Of a stretch of 64,000 nt of DNA, positions 1 through 8,281 are shown piece after piece. Under the pieces are notes generated by a model. It ran no database searches and had not been told where the DNA came from. It was given only the letters and a program-made list of their open reading frames with translations. The stretch's first letter is position 1, and each line of letters opens with the position of its first letter. Position numbers and translations under genes: made by a program. Origin of the DNA: an uncultured Acidobacteriota bacterium (GTDB lineage: Bacteria; Acidobacteriota; Thermoanaerobaculia; Multivoradales; UBA5704); NCBI GenBank assembly GCA_963700145.1, contig OY969474.1, positions 1,088,001 through 1,152,000 of the forward strand. The letters run 5' to 3'.

Positions 1-171
1 GATCAGGTCGTTTCCGCCTGTTCTCGAGGTCGTGCGCGATCCCCAGGACCCGGACGTGCTTGTCGCAATCCCTCGTTGCTGATCAGGTCGTTTCCGCCGC
101 TGACCCGACACGAAGGCCGCATCAAGCGCAAGAAGTCGCAATCCCTCGTTGCTGATCAGGTCGTTTCCGCC
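1..171 (-). CRISPR. CRISPR array 1 (leader-proximal end; continues left of the window)
   Basis: 37-bp repeat GTCGCAATCCCTCGTTGCTGATCAGGTCGTTTCCGCC at 62-98 and 135-171, plus a partial copy at 1-18; unique spacers of 43 and 36 nt. Minus orientation inferred from the adjacent leader and cas2 and from the repeat ending ...GGGATTGCGAC. Confidence 0.95.
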
Positions 172-395
172 TCTACCCTTTCCAGGCCCTTGCGGATCAA
201 GCACTTATGGGGCCTTCCGCCGTTACCCCTCGGAAACCGGTCCGCTGCGGCCTGCATTTCTCACCTCTTTCCGCGGCGCTCCGCGCCGCAAATGCTCTCC
301 CTGCTTCGATTTCCCTCTCCGGCCGTTACCCTGCCACCAAATTGGCGACTCGATGCTGGCACGGCTTTTGACCGGCACGCTTCTTGTCTGTTCCC
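172..395 (-). promoter_or_regulatory. CRISPR leader
   Basis: Non-coding, lower-GC stretch between the cas2 stop (396) and the first repeat. Confidence 0.7.
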
Positions 396-650
396 TCAGA
401 GCACATACACGTCCGGGTCCTCCGTCGCCTTTCCCACGCCGTGGATGACGGCCTTCCCCGCGCACTCGCCGCACAGGCGGTAGATCCGCACGCTGTCCCT
501 TCCGTTGTCAAGGAGCTTCGTCACCCGCGCGCTCAGGCGCTCGATCTGTGCCGGCTCGAGGCGGCACTCGAAGACAGACTACTGCTCCCGCACGCCGAAG
601 TCCTCCAGCGTCTTGGCCAGCCGCGTCCGGCGCCCGTCGTCGGGGATGTC
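396..650 (-). pseudogene. cas2: Cas2 pseudogene (N-terminus lost, internal TAG)
   Basis: Translates DIPDDGRRTRLAKTLEDFGVREQ*SVFECRLEPAQIERLSARVTKLLDNGRDSVRIYRLCGECAGKAVIHGVGKATEDPDVYVL*; the Tyr of the Cas2 QYSVFEC motif is TAG at 579-581. Confidence 0.9.
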
Positions 651-716
651 GGCGAGGACGTAGCCGAAGGAGAGGAGGGCGTTCGCCGGATCGCGCGGCG
701 GATTCCTCGAGCGGCC
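651..716 (-). pseudogene. cas1: Cas1 internal remnant fused in frame to cas2
   Basis: GRSRNPPRDPANALLSFGYVLA matches the conserved Cas1 motif RxxxPPxDPxNALLSFGY; the rest of cas1 is absent. Confidence 0.85.
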
Positions 717-739
717 CAGCGCATCGGCCGCGAGCGGTC

Positions 740-1340
740 GGGAAGCCTCCCAGGCCGCAAGTTGCGCTCTCCCGCGCGAGGCGCAAGCCTGGAAAGCCGC
801 GAGTTGCTCTTCCCGACACGCTGGCGGGGCTCGACGACCGCGCGGCGAGCGGGGTGGAGGCGCCGGCGGGAGGTCGGAAGCGGCATCGGAAGCTTTCCCG
901 GCCGCGATTTGGGGCTCCGACGGCGCGGGCGAAGCTTCGAACGCCGCGAATCGGGACTCCGGGGGAACGAGATGAGCTTTCAGTGCCGCGAAGTGCCGCT
1001 CCTTCCCTGACCGCAAGCTCTCCCTGGCCGCGAAAGAATGTTCCCTTAGTGAAGAGGGAAGCTTCCCCTACCGCGAAGCAGGCTTTGCCTCGCCACGAGT
1101 TGCGCTTCTAATGCCGCGAACTACGAGTGGATGCCACGAATCAAGGCTCGGAAGGAGGCGGATCAACCTTCAGACGCCGCGAACATCGCTTCCGCGCCTC
1201 GCGCCAAGCCCCTCCCCCGCCGCGAGAGAAGCTTCCCTCCGCGGCCGGGAAAGCTCCCCCGCCGCGAAACCCTGTTCCCTGCCCGACCGGGAAGATTCAC
1301 CCTGTCGCGGGACTGCATTTGCCCGCGGCGAGAGAGCGTT
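740..1340. repeat. Degenerate 21/42-bp periodic tract
   Basis: GCCGCGA-like words at 901, 943, 985, 1027, ~1070 and 1113; AGCTT/GCTCC-like words about every 21 bp from 891 to 1103. Boundaries are approximate. Confidence 0.6.
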
Positions 1341-1429
1341 ACTCCTCCGCGATTCAGCCGCTGAGGCCAGCGGAGGTCGGCGGCGACGACGCGCATCCGT
1401 CACGCCCGCGATGGCTCCCGGGCCGCCAT

Positions 1430-1816
1430 TCAGCTCTCGAGAAGGACCGGGTCGATCAAATCGATCTCGCAGCGGTGAACCTCCCGCAGCAGGGGGTCGC
1501 CCGCGGCTTCGAGCTGGGCGAGCTCGCGCTCGGTCGTCACGAAGAGATCGAGCGGGCACGGCAGCGGCGCGAGGGCGGCCAACACCTCGGGGACCCGGTC
1601 CTTGGGGTCGCGATGGGGGCTCGCGCCGAGCACCACCAGCAGGTCGGCGTCCGAGCGCGGGCCGGCGGTGCCGTCGGCGAGAGAGCCGAAAAGGACCAGG
1701 CGGCGGAGCGCCGGCAGGCGCCGGCGGGCGCGCTCGGCGGCGGCGCGGAGCTCCTGGATGCGCAGGCCGCGGTCAAGGTAGACCGCGCCGGCAGGCGTCG
1801 AGGATCGCGCGTGCAT
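1430..1816 (-). CDS. Minimal nucleotidyltransferase (MNT) antitoxin
   Basis: LVLFGSLADG...SDADLLVV (GS-x10-DxD) motif; ~128 aa; overlaps the HEPN gene. Confidence 0.88.
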   Translation of the reverse strand: MHARSSTPAGAVYLDRGLRIQELRAAAERARRRLPALRRLVLFGSLADGTAGPRSDADLLVVLGASPHRDPKDRVPEVLAALAPLPCPLDLFVTTERELAQLEAAGDPLLREVHRCEIDLIDPVLLES

Positions 1817-2159
1817 GGGCGATGGCCTCCCGGGCCTCGTCGGCGGTGTAGAGCTTCCCCGGATATCCCGCCGCGAGGCCGTTCGGGTAGCGGGCGGGAA
1901 TGTAGTGCTTGTCGAGGCGGTGGGCGGCCGCGGAGACCTCCGGCGCGATCGCCATCGACGCGGGGAGCGCTTCGACGAGCAGCGCGAGCGAGTGTCCCCA
2001 CGGCTCACCGCCGGCCGCAAGGATCAGGGCCTTGAGCCCCTTCTCGGCCGCCTGATGCGCCGCAAAGGCCGTCCACTCGAAGTCCCCGTCCTCGAGCGAG
2101 TGCTCGGCGTGTCCGAGATCCCGCTGCGCCTGCGCCCACCAGTCGCGCCAGCGGTTCAT
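1773..2159 (-). CDS. HEPN domain protein
   Basis: AQRDL...FAAHQAAEKGLKA...GHSL...LDKHYIPARYPN is a typical HEPN signature; paired with MNT. Confidence 0.9.
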   Translation of the reverse strand: MNRWRDWWAQAQRDLGHAEHSLEDGDFEWTAFAAHQAAEKGLKALILAAGGEPWGHSLALLVEALPASMAIAPEVSAAAHRLDKHYIPARYPNGLAAGYPGKLYTADEAREAIAHARAILDACRRGLP

Positions 2160-2218
2160 GCCGCGACTCTAACAGCCGGAGCGGCAGGAGAGCCCACGGA
2201 AAGCGTGGAGGCTCCCGA

Positions 2219-3067
2219 CTCGCAATCCCTTCGTGCTGATCAGGTCGATTCCGCCAACGTCCTGGACATTGCTTTCGCCCTGCCCGGCCGCGTCGCAATC
2301 CCTCCCTGCTGATCAGGTCGTTTCCGCCCACTCTGGCCACGCCGCTCAGCATCCAGGAGGGCAAGTTCCAGAAGTCGCAATCCCTCTGTGCTGATCAGGT
2401 CGTTTCCGCCACCCGCATCCACTCCTCGATCTCCCCCACCAACCCCGGAAACATCGGCGTCGCAATCCCTCCGTGCTGATCAGGTCATCTCCGCCTGTGG
2501 TCAGCATGTACACGAACCAGAGCTGGGGCCGCAACTGTCGCAACCCCTCCCTGCTCAGGTCGATTCCGCCGGAACGTCTTTCTGCGGCGGAGCAAAGGTC
2601 AAGCTGGACAAGCAGACAGCTGGAGCTGGCTCGTCGCAATCCCTCCGTGCTGATCAGGTCGTTTCCGCCGTGGAGAGGTACCGCCGGCATCTGGAGCAAA
2701 TCCTTCAGTCGCAATCCCTCCGTGTGATCAGGTCGTTGCCGCCGGGGAGCTCGCTGGCCTCATGTACCTGGCCGCCTCCGGGCGGTGCGCGTCGCAATCC
2801 CTCCGCGCTGATCAGGTCGTTCCGCCTCAACCGACTACTACGACCCTCCTCTCAGTCTACTGCTCCAGGTCGCAATCCCTCCGTGCTGATCAGGCCGTTT
2901 CCGCCCATCGGTGAGAACCACCCTCATCGGTTTCATCGTCTTCTGCGTGCGTCGCAATCCCTCCGTGCTGATCAGGTCGTTTCCGCCGAAGACCCGCCAG
3001 TTGACCGACGAAAGGAAGGCCCTCTCAGAAGTCGCAATCCCTCCGTGCTGATCAGGTCGTTTCCGCC
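2219..3067 (-). CRISPR. CRISPR array 2, left segment (11 repeats)
   Basis: Repeat consensus GTCGCAATCCCTCCGTGCTGATCAGGTCGTTTCCGCC at 2219, 2292, 2374, 2459, 2537, 2633, 2708, 2791, 2869, 2951 and 3031; many carry substitutions or small deletions. Confidence 0.95.
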
Positions 3068-3145
3068 GCCGTGCTTGCTACGCCCATCGTCCGGGTGCCC
3101 GGTACGGAGCCTGTCAAGCCCGTTGAGACAGAGTTCAGAGAGAAA

Positions 3146-4156
3146 TTAGGGAAGTCTCGTCGGGGTGTCCTCCTGGGGAGGGTTGATCCAGACGGCCTGG
3201 GGGAGTTGCCGAGGACGGGGCACGCGGTGGAAGCGTTCCGGGTGGGCGGCGTAGGCCGCACGGAGGACGTCGGCGCGGCGGGCGAGGATCTCGGGGGCGC
3301 GGCCGAAATGGACGTCGGCGGGGGTCAGCAGCGCCAGGCCAGAGTGGTGGTGCTGGTGGTTGTACCAGGGGAAGAAACCGCGGCAGAAGAGCCGGCCGTC
3401 CTCGAGCGAGCCAAAGCGATCGGGAAACAGCGGATGGTACTTCAGGGTCTTGAGTTGGGCCTCGGAGTAGGGATTGTCGTTGCTGGTGTGGGGGCGGCTG
3501 TGGCTGTTGAGGATCCCGAGGTCGGCCAGCAGCTGAGCCACCGACTTCGACGTCATGCTCGGGCCGCGATCGGCGTGCAGCGTCAGCGCGCCCGCGACCA
3601 CGGGATACTTGGCAAGGGTCTCGGCCAGCAGACGCTGAGCGAGCAGCTCACTCTCGCGTTGGGCCAGCAGCCAGCCGACGACGTAGCGGCTGAAGATGTC
3701 GAGCACCACGTAGAGGCTGTAGTGGATCCCCTTGGCCGGCCCGCGGAGCTTGGTGATGTCCCAGGACCAGACCTGGTTGGGGCCGGTGGCCAAGAGCTCG
3801 GGCTTGCGGTAGAGGGGGTGGCGCAGCTGGTGGCGTCGCTCCCGCACCTCGCCCTGGCGCGCCAGCAGGCGGTACATGGTGCGCACCGAGCAGAGGTAGT
3901 GACCTTCGTCGAGCAGGGTGGCGTGGACCTGAGCCGGGGAGGCGTCGACGAAGCGCGGGCTATGGAGGACCTCCAGGGTCTGCCGGCGTTCGTCGGCGCT
4001 GAGGGCCCGCGCCGGCGTGGGCCGGGGCGGCGGCGGCCGTCGCGGCCCGGCGCCGGCTTGGCGGCGGTGACGGTCCAGCGACGAGCGCGGCACACCCAGA
4101 GCCGTGCAGGCCCTCTGGACCCCGACGCGCTCGGCCAGCGCGGGCACAGCGCTCAT
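3146..4156 (-). CDS. IS3-family transposase OrfB (rve/DDE domain)
   Basis: PNQVWSWDITKL, LHADRG and SNDNPYSEAQLKTLKY motifs. Confidence 0.93.
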   Translation of the reverse strand: MSAVPALAERVGVQRACTALGVPRSSLDRHRRQAGAGPRRPPPPRPTPARALSADERRQTLEVLHSPRFVDASPAQVHATLLDEGHYLCSVRTMYRLLARQGEVRERRHQLRHPLYRKPELLATGPNQVWSWDITKLRGPAKGIHYSLYVVLDIFSRYVVGWLLAQRESELLAQRLLAETLAKYPVVAGALTLHADRGPSMTSKSVAQLLADLGILNSHSRPHTSNDNPYSEAQLKTLKYHPLFPDRFGSLEDGRLFCRGFFPWYNHQHHHSGLALLTPADVHFGRAPEILARRADVLRAAYAAHPERFHRVPRPRQLPQAVWINPPQEDTPTRLP

Positions 4157-4689
4157 GCGCTCGTCTCGTCCTCGTCGGGTGCGGTCAGGCGGATGCCCAG
4201 CACCTCCGAGAGTTTTTTTTGCACCTCGACGATGGCCTCGGCCTGCTGCAGCGCGCGCTGCAACCGCTGGTTGTCGCGCTCGAGCCGACGCAGGTGCTCG
4301 CGCAAGGCCGTGTCGGGGTCGGGCTTGCGCCCGCGCGGACGGCCGAGGGCTGCGGCGCCTCCCTGCCGGTGGAGGGCACGCCAGCGGCCGAGATGGGAAG
4401 CGTACAGTCCTTCCCGCCGCAACAACGCACCGATCTCGCCGCGGCCCTGGCAACGGTCGGCCTGCTCGAGGATGCGCAGTTTGTAGGCGACCGAAAACTG
4501 CCGCCGCCGGGCCTTGGGCTCGACCTCAGGATCCGGGAGCGGATCCCGCGGCCCAGCCCGCAGCGTCGTGGGCGAGGAGGGTGGGGAGGCCTCTCCTCCC
4601 CCGCCCCCGGCCTCCCCACCCTCCCCGCCGACCCTTGCCTCCGCCCCCTGGACCCGCCACCCATCCTGCCTCTCCAACCCTCGCTTCAT
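4153..4689 (-). CDS. IS3-family transposase OrfA (HTH)
   Basis: RRQFSVAYKLRILEQAD...LLRREGLYASHLGRWR followed by a coiled coil; an A8 run at 4213-4220 is a candidate -1 frameshift site into the OrfB frame. Confidence 0.88.
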   Translation of the reverse strand: MKRGLERQDGWRVQGAEARVGGEGGEAGGGGGEASPPSSPTTLRAGPRDPLPDPEVEPKARRRQFSVAYKLRILEQADRCQGRGEIGALLRREGLYASHLGRWRALHRQGGAAALGRPRGRKPDPDTALREHLRRLERDNQRLQRALQQAEAIVEVQKKLSEVLGIRLTAPDEDETSA

Positions 4690-4770
4690 CGCCGCGCCTC
4701 TCTCCGCCCTCTACCCTATTTTGAGCACGCTCGCCTGTCTCACGGGATGTTGGCAGAGAGGGGTATCTTC

Positions 4771-6534
4771 GTCGCAATCCCAGCGTGCTGATCAGGTCGT
4801 TTCCGCCTGCGAGTGTGGGGACACGAGGTCACCTCGTCGTTCGATCCCATCGTCGCAATCCCTCCGTGCTGATCAGGTCGTTTCCGCCTCGACCAGGTCG
4901 ACGTCTGGTCGTGGAACTCGTCCTGCAGAAAGTCGCAATCCCTTCGTGCTGATCAGGTCATTTCCGCCAAAGCCGGGACGGTGACTGGAGATGGATGGTT
5001 CCCAAGGTCGCAATCCCTCCGTGCTGATCAGGTCGTTTCCGCCGACCCGTACGAGAGGTACCGCATTCCTGGTGGCAGCCGGCACGACTGTCGCAATCCC
5101 TCCGTGCTGATCAGGTCGATTCCGCCGCCGAGCGGGCGCGCCTCTGGAAGAAAGTGGACGACAAGGTCGCAATTCCTCCGTGCTGATCAGGTCGTTTCCT
5201 CCGCCTGCAGTTGCTCGCGCACTCCAGCCCGACGCTGTTCGAGAAGTCGCAATCCCTCCGTGCTGATCAGGTCGTTGCCTCCCACCTCGTCGGCGCGAGC
5301 GAACGGTGTGGAGGTCGAGAAGTCGCAATCCCTCCGTGCTGATCAGGTCGTTTTCCTCCGCATGCAGACGCCATCTCCAAGGCCATCGACGTCCTCTCGT
5401 CGCAATCCCTCCGTGCTGATCAGGTCGTTTCCTCTCGGGATTTATCCTGCGAGTCATGAAGTCACTGGGAAGGTCGCAATCCCTCCGTGCGCTGATCAGG
5501 TCGTTTCCTCACACCTGGCGTGGCATCATCTACGTCGCCCTCTTCCCCTGGTCGCCGCAATCCCTCCGTGCTGATCAGGTCGTTTCCTCCGGCGAGCAGA
5601 GCGCGCGGGTGTACACCTTCATCGGTCGCCACGGCAAGTCGCAATCCCTCCGTGCTGATCAGGTCGTTTCCGCCAAGAGCGAGTGGGGGGTCAGTCGTTT
5701 CCGCCGTCCTCCTGCTCGCCGGGTGCGCGACGGGAGCGCCGGCGTCGCAATCCCTCCGTGCTGATCAGGTCGTTTCCTCCGCGTTCACTGGTCCAACCAC
5801 CAAGTGGACGATCCGGCAGGTCGGGTCGCAATCCCTCCGTGCTGATCAGGTCGTTTCCTCCGGCAACTTCTTCCTCAAGCTGGCATCGGTCCTGTGGTTC
5901 ATAGTCGCAATTCCTTCCGTGCTGATCAGGTCGCTTCCGCCATCAACAAACCCACCCTCGCTCCTCAAGTCGCCTCGAAGTTGTCGCAATCCCTCCGTGC
6001 TGATCAGGTCGTTTCCTCCGACTGCTCTGGGCGCACTGCGGCTGGATATTCTTCAAGAAGTCGCAATCCCCCGTGCTGATCAGGTCGTTTCCGCCCCGGT
6101 TGATACGTTCCATCATCAGTCTTGGGTAGAAGCGATCTCGTCGCAATCCCTCCGTGCTGATCAAGTCGTTTCCGCCACCAGCCCAGCGTGGTCAAGGGCG
6201 ACGCCATCTACAAGGCGCTCGTCGCAATCCCCCCGTGCTGATCAGGTCGTTTCCGCCGACAAGGCCTTCGGCCCCGACGATAGCGACATGCTCGCGGCGA
6301 AGTCGCAATCCCTCCGTGCTGATCAGGTCGTCTCCGCCGCTCGTTTGACCTCGGGTTCCCGTACACCCTCGAACGCATCCAGTCGCAATCCTTCCGTGCT
6401 GATCAGGTCGTTTCCGCCGACACCGCGTCTCCATGCGGTCCTGACCCTGCTGCTGGCCGCCGATCATCCAGACGCACGATTTGGTGAGCCCATTCCCAGT
6501 CGTAGTCCCTCTGGCTAATCAGGTCGTCTCCGCG
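4771..6534 (-). CRISPR. CRISPR array 2, right segment (about 23 repeats, including one partial and one very degenerate)
   Basis: Repeats from 4771 to 6382-6418 at ~75-85 bp spacing, a truncated repeat at ~5694-5705 and a degenerate terminal copy at 6499-6534. Confidence 0.95.
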
Positions 6535-6591
6535 GCTCCGTCACGACTGAGGGCGTTCGGATATTTTAGGGATTCTATAGGAGGCTCCGCG

Positions 6592-7596
6592 ATGCGACCT
6601 TGTGCGCTCCCACTCGTCTCGTTCGTTGCCGTATTGACCGCCGTGCTTCTCTCCCCCGCCCCGGCCGGCGCCGCCGACCCGCTCGCTCACACCTACTCGA
6701 TCGTCGCCCGCGATCCCAAGACCGGCGACTTCGGGGTGGCGGTGCAGAGCCACTGGTTCTCGGTCGGGCCGACCGTGCCGTGGGCGGAGGCGGGGGTGGG
6801 GGCGGTGGCGACGCAGTCGTTCGTGCGGGTCGACTACGGGCCGAAGGGGCTGGCGCTGATGCGCGGCGGGAAGTCGGCCGAGCAGGCGCTCCAGGAGCTC
6901 CTCGCCGCCGACCCGCAGAAGGACGTGCGGCAGGTGGCGATGGTGGACGCGCAGGGGCGGGTGGTGAGCTGGACCGGCCCGCGCTGCATCGCCGCCGCTG
7001 GCCACCAGCAGGGCGCGGGCTACTCGGTGCAGGCGAACCTGATGGACAAGCCGACCGTCTGGCCGGCGATGGCACGGGCCTACGAAGGCGCGCAGGGGGA
7101 CCTGGCCGAGCGCCTGCTGGCGGCGCTGGAGGCGGCGGAGGCCGAGGGGGGCGACATCCGCGGCCGGCAGAGCGCGGCGCTCCTCGTCGTGCGCGCGCAA
7201 TCGACGGGCGAGCCGTGGCGCGACCGTTTGGTGGACCTGCGGGTGGACGATCACCCGCAGCCGCTCGCCGAGCTGCGGCGGCTCTTGACCCTCAACCGCG
7301 CTTACGACGAGATGAACCTGGGCGACGAGGCGTTCGCGGCGGGCAAGGTCGAGGAGGCGCTCGCCCACTACACCCGCGGCACGCAGCTCGCGCCCGACAT
7401 CGCCGAGCTCCCTTTCTGGCAGGCCGTGACCCTCTTCGCCGCCGGCCGCGAGGAGCAGGCGCTGCCGATCTTCCGCGAGGTCTTCGCCCGCGAAGAGCGC
7501 TGGGCCCGCCTCGTCCCTCGGCTACCGGCCGCGGGGCTGCTGCCGGACGACCCGAAGAAGATCGAGAAGATCCTGAGCGTGGCGCCTAAGAAGTAG
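6592..7596 (+). CDS. Secreted DUF1028 (Ntn-hydrolase-like) protein with C-terminal TPR
   Basis: Signal peptide; HTYSIVARD...GVAVQSHWFSVG...GGDIRGRQSAAL...DLRVDDH; TPR-like tail. Confidence 0.85.
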   Translation: MRPCALPLVSFVAVLTAVLLSPAPAGAADPLAHTYSIVARDPKTGDFGVAVQSHWFSVGPTVPWAEAGVGAVATQSFVRVDYGPKGLALMRGGKSAEQALQELLAADPQKDVRQVAMVDAQGRVVSWTGPRCIAAAGHQQGAGYSVQANLMDKPTVWPAMARAYEGAQGDLAERLLAALEAAEAEGGDIRGRQSAALLVVRAQSTGEPWRDRLVDLRVDDHPQPLAELRRLLTLNRAYDEMNLGDEAFAAGKVEEALAHYTRGTQLAPDIAELPFWQAVTLFAAGREEQALPIFREVFAREERWARLVPRLPAAGLLPDDPKKIEKILSVAPKK

Positions 7597-8281
7597 GGCC
7601 TGAGTCCCCCGCCTCGATCTCCCGCGCCATCTTCTCCACCACCTCTTCGAGGTCGAGGTCGGAGGAGTCGATGAGGGTGTAGGAGGGATCGCGGGTCAGC
7701 GGCGAGTCGGTGCGGCGGCTGTCGCGCTCGTCGCGGGCGGTGATGTCGCCGACGACGGCGTCGTAGTCCTCGGGGCGGCCGGCTTTCTCGAGCTGCTCGT
7801 GGCGGCGGCGGAAGCGGACCTCGGGGCGGGCGTCCAGGAAGAACTTGTGCGGCGTGTCGGGGAAGACGCGGGTGCCGATGTCGCGGCCTTCGAGGACGCC
7901 GCCGTGCCGGCCGGCGATCTCGCGCTGCAGGGCGACCATGCGGCGGCGCACCGCGGGGTGCTCGGAGACCTGCGAGGAGGCCTCGCTCACCGCGCGGCTG
8001 CGGATACGGTCCTCCACCGGGTGGCCGTCGAGGAGCACCTCGAAGGTGCCGTCGGGGCGGCGGGCGAGCCGGATGTCGGCGGCGTCGCTCAGCGGCGCGA
8101 CGGCCTCCGGGTCGCCGGGGTCGGCGCCGCTCTCCAGGACCTTGAGGGCGACGGCGCGGTACATCGCGCCGGTGTCGAGGAAGGGCACGCCGAGGCGGCG
8201 GGCGAGCATCCGCGCCGCCGTGCTCTTGCCGACCCCGGAGGGGCCGTCAATGGCGACGACGAGGGGGCTTCGGCCGCTCAC
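7586..8281 (-). CDS. cmk: Cytidylate kinase
   Basis: IDGPSGVGKST, LDTGAMYRA and EGRDIGT motifs. Confidence 0.95.
   Translation of the reverse strand: MSGRSPLVVAIDGPSGVGKSTAARMLARRLGVPFLDTGAMYRAVALKVLESGADPGDPEAVAPLSDAADIRLARRPDGTFEVLLDGHPVEDRIRSRAVSEASSQVSEHPAVRRRMVALQREIAGRHGGVLEGRDIGTRVFPDTPHKFFLDARPEVRFRRRHEQLEKAGRPEDYDAVVGDITARDERDSRRTDSPLTRDPSYTLIDSSDLDLEEVVEKMAREIEAGDSGPTS

Larger units (their letters stand above)
3105..4762 (-). mobile_element. IS3-family insertion sequence inserted in a CRISPR spacer
   Basis: orfA/orfB pair; imperfect subterminal inverted repeats TGTCAAGCCCGTTGAGACA (3112) and TGTCTCACGGGATGTTGGCA (4736-4755); GTA on both flanks (3102-3104, 4763-4765) as a likely target duplication. 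Confidence 0.88.

Noticed and set aside
579-1016. 145-aa ORF as a functional Cas1-Cas2 fusion
   Set aside because: The N-terminal part is translated periodic DNA, only ~22 Cas1 residues remain, and Cas2 is cut by a stop.
4701-4720. IS sequence TCCGCCCTCTACCCT resembles the array 1 repeat-leader junction (166-179)
   Set aside because: The match is short, low in complexity and lies within the IS translation-initiation region; probably chance.
2219-6418. Self-targeting spacers within this window
   Set aside because: No match noticed by eye. The search was not exhaustive and needs BLASTN, so nothing is claimed.
2388-6518. Long ORFs across the arrays (e.g. 2388-3149, 5520-6518) with repeating SQSLRADQVVSA or RNPSVLIRSFP peptides
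   Set aside because: These are translations of CRISPR repeats. Spacer lengths are not codon multiples and the frames switch, so this is not a repeat protein.
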